Part shown: positions 1-10,803 of the stretch, one piece after another
How the letters are laid out: every line of letters begins with the position of its first letter
Numbering within the stretch: position 1 is the stretch's first letter
Assembly (NCBI GenBank): GCA_964403565.1
Contig: CAYOFV010000001.1
Coordinates: 4,839-68,838, forward strand
DNA length: 64,000 nt
DNA from: an uncultured Piscirickettsiaceae bacterium
GTDB taxonomy: Bacteria; Pseudomonadota; Gammaproteobacteria; PS1; Pseudothioglobaceae
Reading direction: 5' to 3'
Program-made: the position numbers and the translations under genes
The notes under the pieces: generated by a model
Seen by the model: the letters and a program-made list of their open reading frames with translations, nothing else
The model's database searches: none
Told to the model about the DNA's origin: nothing

Positions 1-52
1 ATAGAACGACAAGAATTGCCCGTACATAATATTAATACCTTTTTCATATTAC

Positions 53-730
53 TTACTCATTTGGATGCTTACACTTAATAAGCTTAACAAAAACTATAGC
101 AGCTGCCACTGCCCCTAAAATCGTAGCTACTATATATATCCATAAATAATCAAGATTACCACTAACAATAGCTGGACCAATTGAACGAGCAGGATTCATG
201 CTAGCACCGGTTATTGGTCCTGCAAACATTGCCTCAAGACCAACAGTAAAACCAATAGCAATACCTGCAAAATCTTTAATCGCCTTACCATGAACTGCAG
301 ATGCACTTATAACTAACATTAAAATAAAAGTAAGTATAAATTCAAAACCAAATGATTGCGCCGCACTACCATGAGGCAGAGTTGCGCCTAAATATGCAAC
401 TTGTTGCATTGAGGTAATATCTTCAAATAGCAACAAATACAAACTATAGCTAGCAAAAATTGCACCTGCAACTTGCGCTGCAATATATGGCAATACTTTT
501 GATCTTTCAAACTCATTCATCGCCCAAAACGCAATGCTTACTGCCGGGTTAAAGTGTGCTCCTGAAATATGCGCAAAACTATATATTAGTGCAACAATCA
601 CAAAACCAAAAGTAATAGCGATGCCTGTATGCCCAGGCTCGCCAGTTATGGCGCCAATAGCCATTGCTCCCGTACCAGCAAATACTAATATATACGTACC
701 TAAAAATTCAGCAACTAAACTCTTTTTCAT
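53..730 (-). CDS. aqpZ: MIP-family water channel (aquaporin Z-like)
   Basis: 225-aa ORF with both NPA boxes (HFNPAVS, SMNPARS) and six hydrophobic helices. Confidence 0.85.
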   Translation of the reverse strand: MKKSLVAEFLGTYILVFAGTGAMAIGAITGEPGHTGIAITFGFVIVALIYSFAHISGAHFNPAVSIAFWAMNEFERSKVLPYIAAQVAGAIFASYSLYLLLFEDITSMQQVAYLGATLPHGSAAQSFGFEFILTFILMLVISASAVHGKAIKDFAGIAIGFTVGLEAMFAGPITGASMNPARSIGPAIVSGNLDYLWIYIVATILGAVAAAIVFVKLIKCKHPNE

Positions 731-749
731 AATTGATTATTATAATAAT

Positions 750-1358
750 TTATGACACTCCTAACAACACACCAGCAACAACCATAATCGCCCCAACAAT
801 CTTATTTGTGGTTTTGTTTATGCCACCACTTGCAAATGCATTTTTAATACGCACTACCATAATGTTAATCATGCTAATTCCAACCAATAAACTAACACCT
901 ACAGTTGTTAGTATCTCAAATGCATGCATAAGATTTAATTGTGAAAGATCTGTAAATGCTGGCAATATAGCAATATAGAAAATCATTACTTTTGGATTGA
1001 CCATTGAAATCATAAGTCCGGTAAAAAATTCGCTGTTATTGCTTTTATTCTCTACTTTGTTTTCAAGATTAATCTTGTGAGCGTTGTATGCATTAATACC
1101 TAAATATATAAGATATATTCCACCCAGCACTCTTACATAATCCATTAACGGATTAACAATATCTGCAAATAAATCTAGCGAGAAAATAACAGCAGATAAA
1201 TAAATTAAGTCTCCCGCCACCAATCCAACTGATAGATAAAAAGCTGGCAAAAAACCTTGAGCTAAGCTTTTAGCAAATACTGCTAAAGTACCTGGACCAG
1301 GAGTTATCACAAACACAAAGGCAATAGTAAATAGTGCTATAAACTCAGAAATACTCAT
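750..1358 (-). CDS. LysE/RhtB-family amino-acid exporter
   Basis: 202 aa, about six TM helices, N-terminal ITPGPG motif typical of LysE/RhtB translocators; tandem paralog of the next gene. Confidence 0.75.
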   Translation of the reverse strand: MSISEFIALFTIAFVFVITPGPGTLAVFAKSLAQGFLPAFYLSVGLVAGDLIYLSAVIFSLDLFADIVNPLMDYVRVLGGIYLIYLGINAYNAHKINLENKVENKSNNSEFFTGLMISMVNPKVMIFYIAILPAFTDLSQLNLMHAFEILTTVGVSLLVGISMINIMVVRIKNAFASGGINKTTNKIVGAIMVVAGVLLGVS

Positions 1359-1361
1359 AAG

Positions 1362-1970
1362 TTAATATAATGCCACAAAAACTCCAACCAGCATCATAGT
1401 TACACCTGTTGTTTCATTAACACGTTTAATAACTTTTGGATTTTCTATATATTGTCTAAGTTTAAGACCAACTACATTTGCAATACTTAATGAAAACAAA
1501 ACTGTAATTCCAACAATTACAATTACTTCTATTGCTGTAATTGAATCTATATTTTCAAGATTTACAAACAACGGCAAAAAAGATAAATAATAAATCATAG
1601 TTTTTGGGTTTGTACCACCTACAACAATACCAGCAACAAATAGTTTAAAAATCGATTGTTTTTCTACATTGCTATCAAAGCTAACACCTTTTGCTCTAAA
1701 TTGCATAAATCCAATATAAAGTAGATACATTGCGCCAAAAATCTTAATATAAAGCATAGATTGATCAATAAGTTGTGCCAAAACTCCTAGAGCAAAAATA
1801 GCGATAGAAACATAAAGCATATCTGTAATCGTATGCCCAATAGATAGCCATAATGCAGGTGTTAAACCAAAACGAGTTGCTGTTGCTAAAACCGCAAAAA
1901 TTCCTGGTCCGGGCGATATAGCGTAAACAAACGTTGCTAGCGCTAAAGATAGTAGTGTTAGTATATCCAT
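1362..1970 (-). CDS. LysE/RhtB-family amino-acid exporter
   Basis: 202 aa, about six TM helices, ISPGPG motif; same length and architecture as 750..1358. Confidence 0.75.
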   Translation of the reverse strand: MDILTLLSLALATFVYAISPGPGIFAVLATATRFGLTPALWLSIGHTITDMLYVSIAIFALGVLAQLIDQSMLYIKIFGAMYLLYIGFMQFRAKGVSFDSNVEKQSIFKLFVAGIVVGGTNPKTMIYYLSFLPLFVNLENIDSITAIEVIVIVGITVLFSLSIANVVGLKLRQYIENPKVIKRVNETTGVTMMLVGVFVALY

Positions 1971-2016
1971 CTGCTATAATTTGAAATATTATTAGTGAAA
2001 TGATTTTACTTATCTT

Positions 2017-2967
2017 ATGAATTTAGACTATCTTGATTTTGAACAACCAATTGCTGAGCTAGAAGCTAAGATTGAAGCACTTTGCAATATTAAAGATAAA
2101 GCCGATATTTCCCAAGAAATGGAGGCGCTTAAGGCAAAAAGCGGCTCGTTAACCAAAAAGATTTTTTCCTCTTTAACAGACTGGCAAATATCACAACTAG
2201 CTCGTCATCCACATCGTCTGTACACTCTTGATTATATTGATGATGTATTTGATGAGTTTACAGAGTTGCACGGCGATAGAGCCTATGCAGACGATCATGC
2301 AATTGTTGGTGGTATTGCTAAGCTTGATGGCAAACCGGTTATGTTTATTGGCCAACAAAAAGGCAGGTCAACTAAAGATAAACTAAAGTACAACTTTGGT
2401 ATGCCTCGCCCTGAAGGTTATCGCAAGGCATTACGCCTTATGAAAATGGCAGAGAAATTCTCTATGCCGATTATTACCTTTATCGATACTCCTGGAGCGT
2501 ATCCTGGTATTGGCGCTGAAGAGCGTGGACAATCTGAAGCTATTGCAAGAAACTTATTTGAAATGTCTACACTTAAAACTCCAATTATCTCGGTGGTAAT
2601 TGGCGAGGGCGGTTCTGGCGGCGCTCTTGCTATTGGTGTTGCTGACAAAATCATGATGTTTGAATACTCTATATATTCAGTTATCTCTCCTGAGGGTTGT
2701 GCATCTATTCTTTATAAAGATGCTGCTAAGGCCAATGTTGCTGCTGAATCACTTAAATTAACAAGTGCGCATCTTAAAAAAGAAGGTTTAATCGATGAGA
2801 TTATTGCTGAACCTCTTGGCGGTATTCACCGTGATCCTGATGAAGCGCGTAAATTACTTAAAAAGGCTTTGTCTGCACAGTTAAAAGAGCTAACTAGCAA
2901 CTCAATTGATAAAATCTTACAACAAAGACAAGAAAAACTTCTTAGTTTTGGAAGATTTAAAGGCTAA
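2017..2967 (+). CDS. accA: acetyl-CoA carboxylase carboxyltransferase subunit alpha
   Basis: 316 aa; [18 protein letters not shown] and [10 protein letters not shown] motifs. Confidence 0.95.
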   Translation: MNLDYLDFEQPIAELEAKIEALCNIKDKADISQEMEALKAKSGSLTKKIFSSLTDWQISQLARHPHRLYTLDYIDDVFDEFTELHGDRAYADDHAIVGGIAKLDGKPVMFIGQQKGRSTKDKLKYNFGMPRPEGYRKALRLMKMAEKFSMPIITFIDTPGAYPGIGAEERGQSEAIARNLFEMSTLKTPIISVVIGEGGSGGALAIGVADKIMMFEYSIYSVISPEGCASILYKDAAKANVAAESLKLTSAHLKKEGLIDEIIAEPLGGIHRDPDEARKLLKKALSAQLKELTSNSIDKILQQRQEKLLSFGRFKG

Positions 2968-4120
2968 AGATCCTTACCTAGAAGGTAAAAAAATTGTTGT
3001 TGCCTTAAGTGGCGGAATTGACTCAGTAGTACTTCTGCATTATTTGCATTACCATTATGCCGATAACTTAAGAGCTATTCATTGCAACCATAATCTATCT
3101 GGCTATGCCCAAGATTGGCAAATATTTTGTCAAAATCTCTGCCAAGAGTTAGGTGTTGAGTTTTCTTTAATAAATCTTGATGTTGATGGCTCTTCCAATG
3201 TTGAAAACAATGCTCGTGTAGCTCGATACAAATCACTATCTTGCTCTTTGAATAATGCAGAAGTAATATGCACAGCACATCATAAAAACGACCAAGCAGA
3301 AACTTTACTTTTACAACTCTTTAGAGGTTCTGGAGTTGCCGGACTTGCATCCATGCCCAAAGAGAAAAACTTAGGTAAAGGTATTCATTATCGTCCGTTT
3401 TTAAATATTGAAAAATCCAAGATTATTGATTATGCAAAAAAACACAAACTCAACTGGATTGAAGATGATAGCAACAAAAATATTGATTTTAAGCGCAATT
3501 ACCTACGACTTGAAACAATACCAAAACTAGAAAAAGAGTTTAAAAACCTTATAAATTCTATATCACGTAGCGCAAAACATCAGTCTGAAGCTCTAAAACT
3601 TAGTCGTGATCTTGCTGATGTTGATATTGCGCATAATGACGTAATTGCACAAAGTGGCAGAATTAGAGTTTCAGGTCTTATTGCATTAGAAGAATATAGA
3701 ATAAAAAATATTTTACGTCACCACTTAAATTTATTGAACTTTCAACTTCCAAGCGACAAAGTTTTACAACAAATTGTTGAAATGCTCAGTGCTAAAACAG
3801 ATTCAAACCCTGTTGTTAGTTGGGGTGCATTTGAAATTAGAAGATTTAAAGGCGAATTGTACTTTGTTAACAATACAGAGGAAAAAGTAGAGAATTTTTG
3901 TGAATTTTATGAAGAATTTAAAAATTTGCCAAATTTTTCTATTCGCTACCGCCAAGATGGTCAAAGGGTAAAAATTCCCGGAAAAAATCACTCGCAATCA
4001 CTTAAAAAGCTTCTGCAAGAGGCTGGAATACCGCCTTGGGAGCGTAATTCATTGAGAATGTACTATATTGACGACGAATTAAGAGCTGTAGAAAAGCTTG
4101 GACACATGCAAGAAGACTAA
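2906..4120 (+). CDS. tilS: tRNA(Ile)-lysidine synthase
   Basis: PP-loop ALSGGIDSV near the N-terminus, 404 aa. The ATG at 2906 overlaps accA by 62 nt; an in-frame TTG at 2948 is an alternative start. Confidence 0.85.
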   Translation: MIKSYNKDKKNFLVLEDLKAKDPYLEGKKIVVALSGGIDSVVLLHYLHYHYADNLRAIHCNHNLSGYAQDWQIFCQNLCQELGVEFSLINLDVDGSSNVENNARVARYKSLSCSLNNAEVICTAHHKNDQAETLLLQLFRGSGVAGLASMPKEKNLGKGIHYRPFLNIEKSKIIDYAKKHKLNWIEDDSNKNIDFKRNYLRLETIPKLEKEFKNLINSISRSAKHQSEALKLSRDLADVDIAHNDVIAQSGRIRVSGLIALEEYRIKNILRHHLNLLNFQLPSDKVLQQIVEMLSAKTDSNPVVSWGAFEIRRFKGELYFVNNTEEKVENFCEFYEEFKNLPNFSIRYRQDGQRVKIPGKNHSQSLKKLLQEAGIPPWERNSLRMYYIDDELRAVEKLGHMQED

Positions 4121-4121
4121 A

Positions 4122-4592
4122 TTAGCTATATGGATTAGCGATTTGCATTTTTTCTAAAATTTTTATCTCTAAATCTTCCATCTTTTGCGCGTCATTATCT
4201 TCAATATGATCATAACCTAGCAAATGCAAAGTACCATGTACGGCCATATGTATCAAATGATCATTAAAGCTTTTATTTTGAGAATTAGCTTCTGCTTTTA
4301 CAACTGAAGTACAAATAACCACATCACCCAAAATTGATTCGTCAATTTCAATTGGTAAATCACTTGGAAACGACAAAACATTGGTGGTTTTATCTTTATC
4401 TCTATAGGTTTTATTTAAATTTTGAATTTCTTGTTCGTCAACAATTCGTATTAATAACTCACTTGAACCTTTATCAAGATCATCAATTACACGCTGCATA
4501 ACTTCTGTTAGCTTTTGCTCATTAACTAATTCATTATTAATACTGTTTTGAATAACAACCATTACTAGATTATTAAGAATAAAATATCTCAT
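4122..4592 (-). CDS. ybeY: rRNA maturation endoribonuclease YbeY
   Basis: Zinc motif HGTLHLLGYDH and TNVLSFP. The true start may be the internal Met at 4562. Its stop lies 1 nt from the tilS stop. Confidence 0.9.
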   Translation of the reverse strand: MRYFILNNLVMVVIQNSINNELVNEQKLTEVMQRVIDDLDKGSSELLIRIVDEQEIQNLNKTYRDKDKTTNVLSFPSDLPIEIDESILGDVVICTSVVKAEANSQNKSFNDHLIHMAVHGTLHLLGYDHIEDNDAQKMEDLEIKILEKMQIANPYS

Positions 4593-4619
4593 TTTACCCG
4601 AGAATAAAATTCCACCTTA

Positions 4620-6581
4620 ATGGCAATAATTGAAGTTGCAATACCTGTACCGCTTAATAAAACATTTGACTATATATCAGACGTTAAGGTGGATATTGGC
4701 GCACGCGTAAAGGTTCCGTTTGGTAGGAAAAAAGTTATCGGAGTTGTTCTTGATAATAAAGAGAAAAGCGAATTTGATAAGTTAAAAACTATTGAAGAAG
4801 TTTTAGATAATGAGCCAATTCTTGATAAATCGATTCTATATTTTTTATTCTGGGCTGCAAAATACTACCATTATCCAATTGGCGAAGTGATATCAGCCGC
4901 TCTGCCAAAAAACTTAAGGATTGGAAAAGAAGCAATAATTAAAAAACCTTTAGGGCTTAGTAATCAAACTACAAAGGCAGACTTTAAGATAACAGATGAA
5001 CAAAAACAAGCAATTGAACAGATAATTGCATCATTTGGAACTTACCACGGATTTTTGTTACATGGTGTTACTGGATCTGGAAAGACCGAAGTTTATCTAA
5101 ACATTGCGCAAAAGGCACTTGATGAAGGCAAGCAAGTATTGGTATTAGTGCCAGAAATTGGTCTTACACCACAGATGGTGTCAAGATTTAACGATAGACT
5201 TGATACTAAGGTTGTAGCCATTCATTCGCAACTTAATGAAACTCAGAAACTTGATAGCTACTTACTGGCTAAAAATGGTGAAGCCGGTGTTGTATTAGGC
5301 ACTCGCAGTGCTATTTTTGCACCAATGCCTAACCTAGGTTTAATTATTATTGACGAAGAGCATGACGGCTCTTTTAAACAACAATCAACTTTTCGTTACA
5401 ATGCTAGAGATTTGAGTTTTATCCGCGCTCGTCAAGCCAATGTGCCTTTGGTGCTTGGCACTGCAACTCCATCGCTTGAGATGTTAAAAAATGTGATGGA
5501 TAACAAAATATCACGCATAACACTTACCAAGCGCGCAACTGGCGCAGTATTACCAAAAGTTAGTTTAATAGATATGCGCTCAAATTTTGACGGAGCAATA
5601 TCAAAATTAATGTTGGAAAAAATGCGTCAATATTTGAATAAAGATAAGCAAGTTATGCTGTTTATCAATAGACGCGGGTATGCCCCAGTATATTTTTGTA
5701 AAAATTGCTCGTGGAAGGCGCAATGCAATCATTGTGAACAACCTGTGGTTTATCATCGCAATATTCACCGACTAAGGTGTCATCATTGTGGCAAAGAGAC
5801 TATGCCAGTTAGCAATTGTCCTGAATGTGATTCACATGAACTTGAAGTACTGGGTTATGGCACAGAAAGACTAGAAGAAACCCTAAATTCTCATTTTCAA
5901 GATGTCGACATAATTCGCATAGATCGTGACACTACACGACGTAAAAAATCATTTTCACAACATTTAGATAAAATCAATTCTGGAAAGCCTTGCATAATTG
6001 TTGGCACACAAATGCTAGCAAAGGGACATGATTTTTCTAATTTAGCAATGGTTGGGATACTTGATGTTGATGTAGGTCTTATGTCAATTGACTTTAGAGC
6101 GACGGAACATATTGCACAACTCTTAGTACAAGTATCTGGGCGTGCCGGCAGAGCAAAAGACCAAGGTGAAGTGGTTATTCAAACTCGCTACCCTGATCAT
6201 CAAATGTTTAATTATGTACTTAACTCACAATATACGAAATATGCATCGATACTACTAAAACAGCGTATGAGTAGCATAATACCCCCATTTGCTCATCAAG
6301 CACTTATCTGTGCTAATGCCAAAAACAAACAAAATGCCGAAGCATTTTTAAACGAAGCACTTGCGTTGATCGACAGCATTAAGGTAGATAACATTGAAAA
6401 ATGGGGGCCGGTACCAGCGACAATTGAAAAAAAGGCTGATTATTACTACTTCAATCTATATCTGCAGTCAACCGATAGATCAGTATTACACCAGCTTTTA
6501 TCAACTTTTAATGAGCATGTTAATAATTTAAAGCTTATTAATAAAGTTCGCTGGTACTTAGATATTGATCCACAAGAGTAA
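4620..6581 (+). CDS. priA: primosomal replication protein N' (PriA helicase)
   Basis: Walker A GVTGSGKTEVY, DEEH box IIIDEEHD, Cys-rich zinc module (CKNC..CNHC..CHHC..CPEC). Confidence 0.95.
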   Translation: MAIIEVAIPVPLNKTFDYISDVKVDIGARVKVPFGRKKVIGVVLDNKEKSEFDKLKTIEEVLDNEPILDKSILYFLFWAAKYYHYPIGEVISAALPKNLRIGKEAIIKKPLGLSNQTTKADFKITDEQKQAIEQIIASFGTYHGFLLHGVTGSGKTEVYLNIAQKALDEGKQVLVLVPEIGLTPQMVSRFNDRLDTKVVAIHSQLNETQKLDSYLLAKNGEAGVVLGTRSAIFAPMPNLGLIIIDEEHDGSFKQQSTFRYNARDLSFIRARQANVPLVLGTATPSLEMLKNVMDNKISRITLTKRATGAVLPKVSLIDMRSNFDGAISKLMLEKMRQYLNKDKQVMLFINRRGYAPVYFCKNCSWKAQCNHCEQPVVYHRNIHRLRCHHCGKETMPVSNCPECDSHELEVLGYGTERLEETLNSHFQDVDIIRIDRDTTRRKKSFSQHLDKINSGKPCIIVGTQMLAKGHDFSNLAMVGILDVDVGLMSIDFRATEHIAQLLVQVSGRAGRAKDQGEVVIQTRYPDHQMFNYVLNSQYTKYASILLKQRMSSIIPPFAHQALICANAKNKQNAEAFLNEALALIDSIKVDNIEKWGPVPATIEKKADYYYFNLYLQSTDRSVLHQLLSTFNEHVNNLKLINKVRWYLDIDPQE

Positions 6582-7526
6582 TTAATCTAACGTGCGCTCA
6601 AGGTACAAATAAACCGCATAGGCGTTTCTTCTATTAGCTGCTTCAAATGCCACCTCATCAGCAAATTCAGACCAATCGATTGCATTGTAAGCTTCGTCAA
6701 ATGGTGTCATTTCATCGACAGCTAAAGTTAAGTTTGCAAGTAGAAATTTGAGATAACGATAAGTTAAATCCATAGTTTCTTGTGGCTGATCTGAAGCACT
6801 GCCATGACCAGGAACAAAATACTCCATATCCATTTTCATAGCTCGATCAAGAGTTGCAATCCATTTAACAATATCGGCATCGCCCACAAATGGAATACGG
6901 CCTTCAAAAATGATATCTCCACTATAAAGTGTTTGGTTATCAATACTGAGTAGTGACATATCACCATTAGAATGCACTTTGCCGAAATAACTAATTAGAA
7001 ATTTTTGCCCGCCTAATTCAAACTGAATGTCTTTATTAATAATTAGGTCTGGCTCAACTAAATAAGTATTGGTATTTACCCAGGGATATAAAGACTTGCG
7101 CCGTGCATTTAATAAATTTGGTGCAGCTTCAGAATCTAAATATTCCCAAGCGCCTTTTGGCGCCCATATCTGCGCACCCTCTTCTTTAAATACTTGCAGT
7201 CCATAAATGTGATCGGCGTGATAATGACTAACAACAACTAGTTTAATTGGTTTGTCAGTAACTTTTCTTATTTGCTCTAGCATTATATGTGCCAAAGCTG
7301 GAGTTCCAAGTGCATCAAACACCACCACTCCCTCATTGGTTACAACAAATCCTGCATTGGAAATAAAACCTTCAAATTCAGTAGCAGCGCCAGACAAACC
7401 AGGAACATAATACGCACTGCCATTTACATTTTCTGTAATAACTTCAACACTAACCCCCTCATACTTCGCTGCATGAGAAAAAAACGAGATAAAACCTAAA
7501 ACTAAAAGTATTAAAAATTTCTTCAT
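6582..7526 (-). CDS. secreted MBL-fold metallo-hydrolase
   Basis: Signal peptide (MKKFLILLVLGFISFFSHA), canonical HYHADH motif, later H and D ligands. Overlaps the bioA stop by 4 nt. Confidence 0.8.
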   Translation of the reverse strand: MKKFLILLVLGFISFFSHAAKYEGVSVEVITENVNGSAYYVPGLSGAATEFEGFISNAGFVVTNEGVVVFDALGTPALAHIMLEQIRKVTDKPIKLVVVSHYHADHIYGLQVFKEEGAQIWAPKGAWEYLDSEAAPNLLNARRKSLYPWVNTNTYLVEPDLIINKDIQFELGGQKFLISYFGKVHSNGDMSLLSIDNQTLYSGDIIFEGRIPFVGDADIVKWIATLDRAMKMDMEYFVPGHGSASDQPQETMDLTYRYLKFLLANLTLAVDEMTPFDEAYNAIDWSEFADEVAFEAANRRNAYAVYLYLERTLD

Positions 7527-8761
7527 AAATCATCAACAATGTTTTTCATTGCACTGGTTATAGTTAATAACTCTTCATTGTTGATTACAAACGGGGGCAT
7601 AGTGTAAAGTAGCTTTCCATATGGTCTTAACCAAACTCCAGAGTTTATTAACTGCCTTTGTACTGATTCTACATCAATATTACTAGTTAATTCCAATACT
7701 CCGATTGCTCCTTTTACTCTTACGTCAGCTACATTTTTATTATCTATTAATGGCAATAATTCGGTTTTTAATATCTGCTCAATCCTTTTAATATCCTCTT
7801 GCCAATTAGAATCTAACAATAGATTTAAACTTGCATTAGCAACACTACATGCAAGTGGATTTGCCATAAATGTCGGCCCATGCATAAGTATGCCAACTAC
7901 AGATGATATTTTTTCATTAGTTAAGGTTGCAGCAAGTGTCATATAGCCGCCAGTTAGAGCTTTGCCTAAGCATAGAATATCTGGAACAATATTTGCATGC
8001 TCAAGAGCAAATAGTTTGCCAGTACGACCAAACCCAGTAGCAATTTCATCAAGAATTAACAAAACATCGTACTTATCGCACAAGGATCTGGCTTCAAGCA
8101 AATAATTACTAGAGTAGATATTCATACCACCAGCGCCTTGTACTATTGGCTCAATAATCATTGCAGCAATACTATTATGATTTTCTTTTAAGGTGTTTTC
8201 TAAAGATTCTAATGCCTCAGTAGTGTTTTCAACTGTTGGGCGCATTACAAAGTAATGCTTAGCTAGATTATCTGCAAATAGATAATGCATACCATTTTCA
8301 GGGTCGCATACACTCATAGCACCAAAGGTATCACCGTGATAGCCACCAAGCGGAGTTATAAACTTACTTTTTTGCTTATATCCTTTGTTGTACCAGTATT
8401 GCACAGACATCTTCATCGCAACCTCTACAGCAACTGAGCCGGAATCTGCGAAGAAGACTTTATCTAATTTTTCTGGAGTTATGCTAACTAGAGTTTTGGC
8501 TAATTGTATAGCTGGATCGTGAGTTAACCCTCCAAACATTACATGGGAGACTTTATCAGCTTGATCTTTAATTGCCTGATTAAGTACAGGATGGTTATAT
8601 CCATGAATAACACTCCACCATGAACTCATGCCATCAATTACCCGAGCATTATCTTCAAGGCTTAGATATACACCATCGGCAGATAAAACTTTATAAGTCT
8701 CTACCTTATTAGGAACACTGGCATATGGATGCCAAAGGTGATTGTGATCAAATGTATCCAT
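7523..8761 (-). CDS. bioA: adenosylmethionine-8-amino-7-oxononanoate aminotransferase
   Basis: 412-aa class-III aminotransferase; LWHPY N-terminus, DEIATGFGRTG, PLP-Lys context LCLGKALTGG. Confidence 0.9.
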   Translation of the reverse strand: MDTFDHNHLWHPYASVPNKVETYKVLSADGVYLSLEDNARVIDGMSSWWSVIHGYNHPVLNQAIKDQADKVSHVMFGGLTHDPAIQLAKTLVSITPEKLDKVFFADSGSVAVEVAMKMSVQYWYNKGYKQKSKFITPLGGYHGDTFGAMSVCDPENGMHYLFADNLAKHYFVMRPTVENTTEALESLENTLKENHNSIAAMIIEPIVQGAGGMNIYSSNYLLEARSLCDKYDVLLILDEIATGFGRTGKLFALEHANIVPDILCLGKALTGGYMTLAATLTNEKISSVVGILMHGPTFMANPLACSVANASLNLLLDSNWQEDIKRIEQILKTELLPLIDNKNVADVRVKGAIGVLELTSNIDVESVQRQLINSGVWLRPYGKLLYTMPPFVINNEELLTITSAMKNIVDDL

Positions 8762-8819
8762 AGATTACATTTTACGCATGATATTTGTTATGCACACACA
8801 ACTGTCATAACACACTAAA

Positions 8820-8840
8820 GAGGAAAGCCTTGCTTTCCTC
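8820..8840 (-). terminator. hairpin 5 nt after the gph stop
   Basis: gaggaaagc/gctttcctc 9-bp stem, 3-nt loop, followed on the minus strand by CTTTAG. Confidence 0.45.
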
Positions 8841-8844
8841 CAAA

Positions 8845-9513
8845 CTACAAATAGTCTTTTAACTCGGCCATTGAATCAATCACTAAATCAGGGTTAGCAT
8901 CACGTATATCCTCACCATGATTATAGCCATAAGACATGCAAATAATATCAAACCCTGCAGCACGCGAAGCTTTAACATCGCTAATTGAATCTCCAAGCAT
9001 TAATGAATCTTGCGGATCGATTCCAAAATGCTTTGCTGCATGTAGAAGTGGCAATGGATCAGGTTTTTTCTTTTCTAAAGTATCACCTGAGATTACAATT
9101 TCAAACTCATCAAAAATACCTAAATCTTTCAAAAGTGGATGGGTAAATTGTTCTGCCTTATTAGTAACACAACCAACTGTATAGCCCTGAGCTTTAAGAT
9201 GTGCAAGACCTTCTTTAACCCCATCATAAAGGCAAGATCTACCTGAAGTGTTTTTAGCATACAAATCCAAGAAAATTGGATAAGCTTCATCATAAGCTGC
9301 TTGATCAACAGCTCCTTCTAACTCGCCAGTAAGCGATCTTTCAACCAATTTTGGAACGCCATTACCAACCCAGTGACGTACTTTTGCCTCACCCCAGGTA
9401 TCTCTTCCTACGGCCTTCATAGTTTCATCAACGCAATACGCTAGGTCAGGAACACTATCAACAAGCGTACCATCAACATCAATCATTATTAACTTTGGGT
9501 TAAATTTTTTCAT
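8845..9513 (-). CDS. gph: phosphoglycolate phosphatase (HAD superfamily)
   Basis: DVDGTLVDS, VTNK, KKPDP and GDSISD HAD motifs; overall layout like enterobacterial Gph. Confidence 0.8.
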   Translation of the reverse strand: MKKFNPKLIMIDVDGTLVDSVPDLAYCVDETMKAVGRDTWGEAKVRHWVGNGVPKLVERSLTGELEGAVDQAAYDEAYPIFLDLYAKNTSGRSCLYDGVKEGLAHLKAQGYTVGCVTNKAEQFTHPLLKDLGIFDEFEIVISGDTLEKKKPDPLPLLHAAKHFGIDPQDSLMLGDSISDVKASRAAGFDIICMSYGYNHGEDIRDANPDLVIDSMAELKDYL

Positions 9514-9568
9514 ATCTATATTACTTCTATGGGTAGAATATCTTTAAATTAAAAAACGAACTATTGTA

Positions 9569-10396
9569 ATGCAAAACTCATCAACTATTGGCTTTATCGG
9601 CGCTGGAAATATGGCTTACGCTCTTATTTCCGGACTAATTAACAACGATTTTCCTGCTGAAAATATTGCCGTTAGTGATTTGAGTAGTGAGCTATTATCC
9701 CAAAGAAAGACCGAGTTTAACCTTAAGGTTTTTACGGACAATACTGATCTGGTTAATAACTGCGATATTATTGTACTAGCAGTTAAGCCTCAAGTTTTGT
9801 TTGATGTTTGCGATCAAATTAAAAATGACATATCAGATAAACATTTAATAATATCTATTGCTGCAGGAATACGCTCACATGATATAAATCGTTGGCTCGG
9901 CAAAGGCAGGGCTATAGTGCGCACTATGCCAAATACTCCTGCGTTACTCGGCAAAGGTATTACTGGTATGTTTGCCAATGAAGAGGTATCAGATGAACAA
10001 AAAACCAATTCTGAGGATATTATAAATGCTGTTGGATCATCAATCTGGGTTGAAAGTGAGGATATGGTAGATGCTGTAACTGCTGTTTCAGGATCGGGTC
10101 CGGCTTACTTTTTCTTAATGATTGAATCAATGACTAAGGCTGGTATGGCACTCGGACTAGATGAAGAATCTGCAAACAAACTAAGCATTGAGACCGCGCT
10201 TGGAGCTGCAATGATGGCAAAAAACTCTAGTGATAATGTATATGAATTACGTGCCAAAGTTACCTCGCCAAATGGCACAACTCAGGCGGCAATTGAATCA
10301 TTTCAAGATCAAGATTTTGAGGTGGTTGTATCTCATGCATTAAGAGCTGCATACGATAGAGCATCAGAACTTGCTCAAGAGTTAGGAGATAAATAA
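9569..10396 (+). CDS. proC: pyrroline-5-carboxylate reductase
   Basis: Rossmann GFIGAGNMA, MPNTPA, SPNGTT motifs. Confidence 0.92.
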   Translation: MQNSSTIGFIGAGNMAYALISGLINNDFPAENIAVSDLSSELLSQRKTEFNLKVFTDNTDLVNNCDIIVLAVKPQVLFDVCDQIKNDISDKHLIISIAAGIRSHDINRWLGKGRAIVRTMPNTPALLGKGITGMFANEEVSDEQKTNSEDIINAVGSSIWVESEDMVDAVTAVSGSGPAYFFLMIESMTKAGMALGLDEESANKLSIETALGAAMMAKNSSDNVYELRAKVTSPNGTTQAAIESFQDQDFEVVVSHALRAAYDRASELAQELGDK

Positions 10397-10403
10397 ATTT
10401 TAG

Positions 10404-10802
10404 ATGCCATCATCTGTAGTATTTAAATTTAAACCCTCGTTTGCTCAACTATACATAATAAGTTTTTTATATTTGCTAGCATTAATTGTTGAATGGCTTT
10501 TTATTGATATTTTAGTAATTAATATAGCAATTAGCGCTTTACTTATTTATAAGTTCTACACTCATGCATTAGAAATATTAATACTTAATAATAATTCAAT
10601 TACTCAAATACTGATTGACAATAGCTCCATAACCACTCATAGTAAAGACAACACCGTTAATCATTACCCACAATTTATCAATGTTTTTAACTCTGCAAAT
10701 CTATCGATAATTAGAATAAATAATAAATCAATTGTAATTTTTTCTGATTCTTTTGTAATTGGATCGATGTCTAGCTTAAATAGGATATTAAACCAAAACT
10801 AG
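10404..10802 (+). CDS. hypothetical small membrane protein (two TM helices)
   Basis: 132-aa ORF with two adjacent hydrophobic helices near the N-terminus. Its stop is 1 nt from the next ATG. No motif assignable. Confidence 0.55.
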   Translation: MPSSVVFKFKPSFAQLYIISFLYLLALIVEWLFIDILVINIAISALLIYKFYTHALEILILNNNSITQILIDNSSITTHSKDNTVNHYPQFINVFNSANLSIIRINNKSIVIFSDSFVIGSMSSLNRILNQN

Positions 10803-10803
10803 C

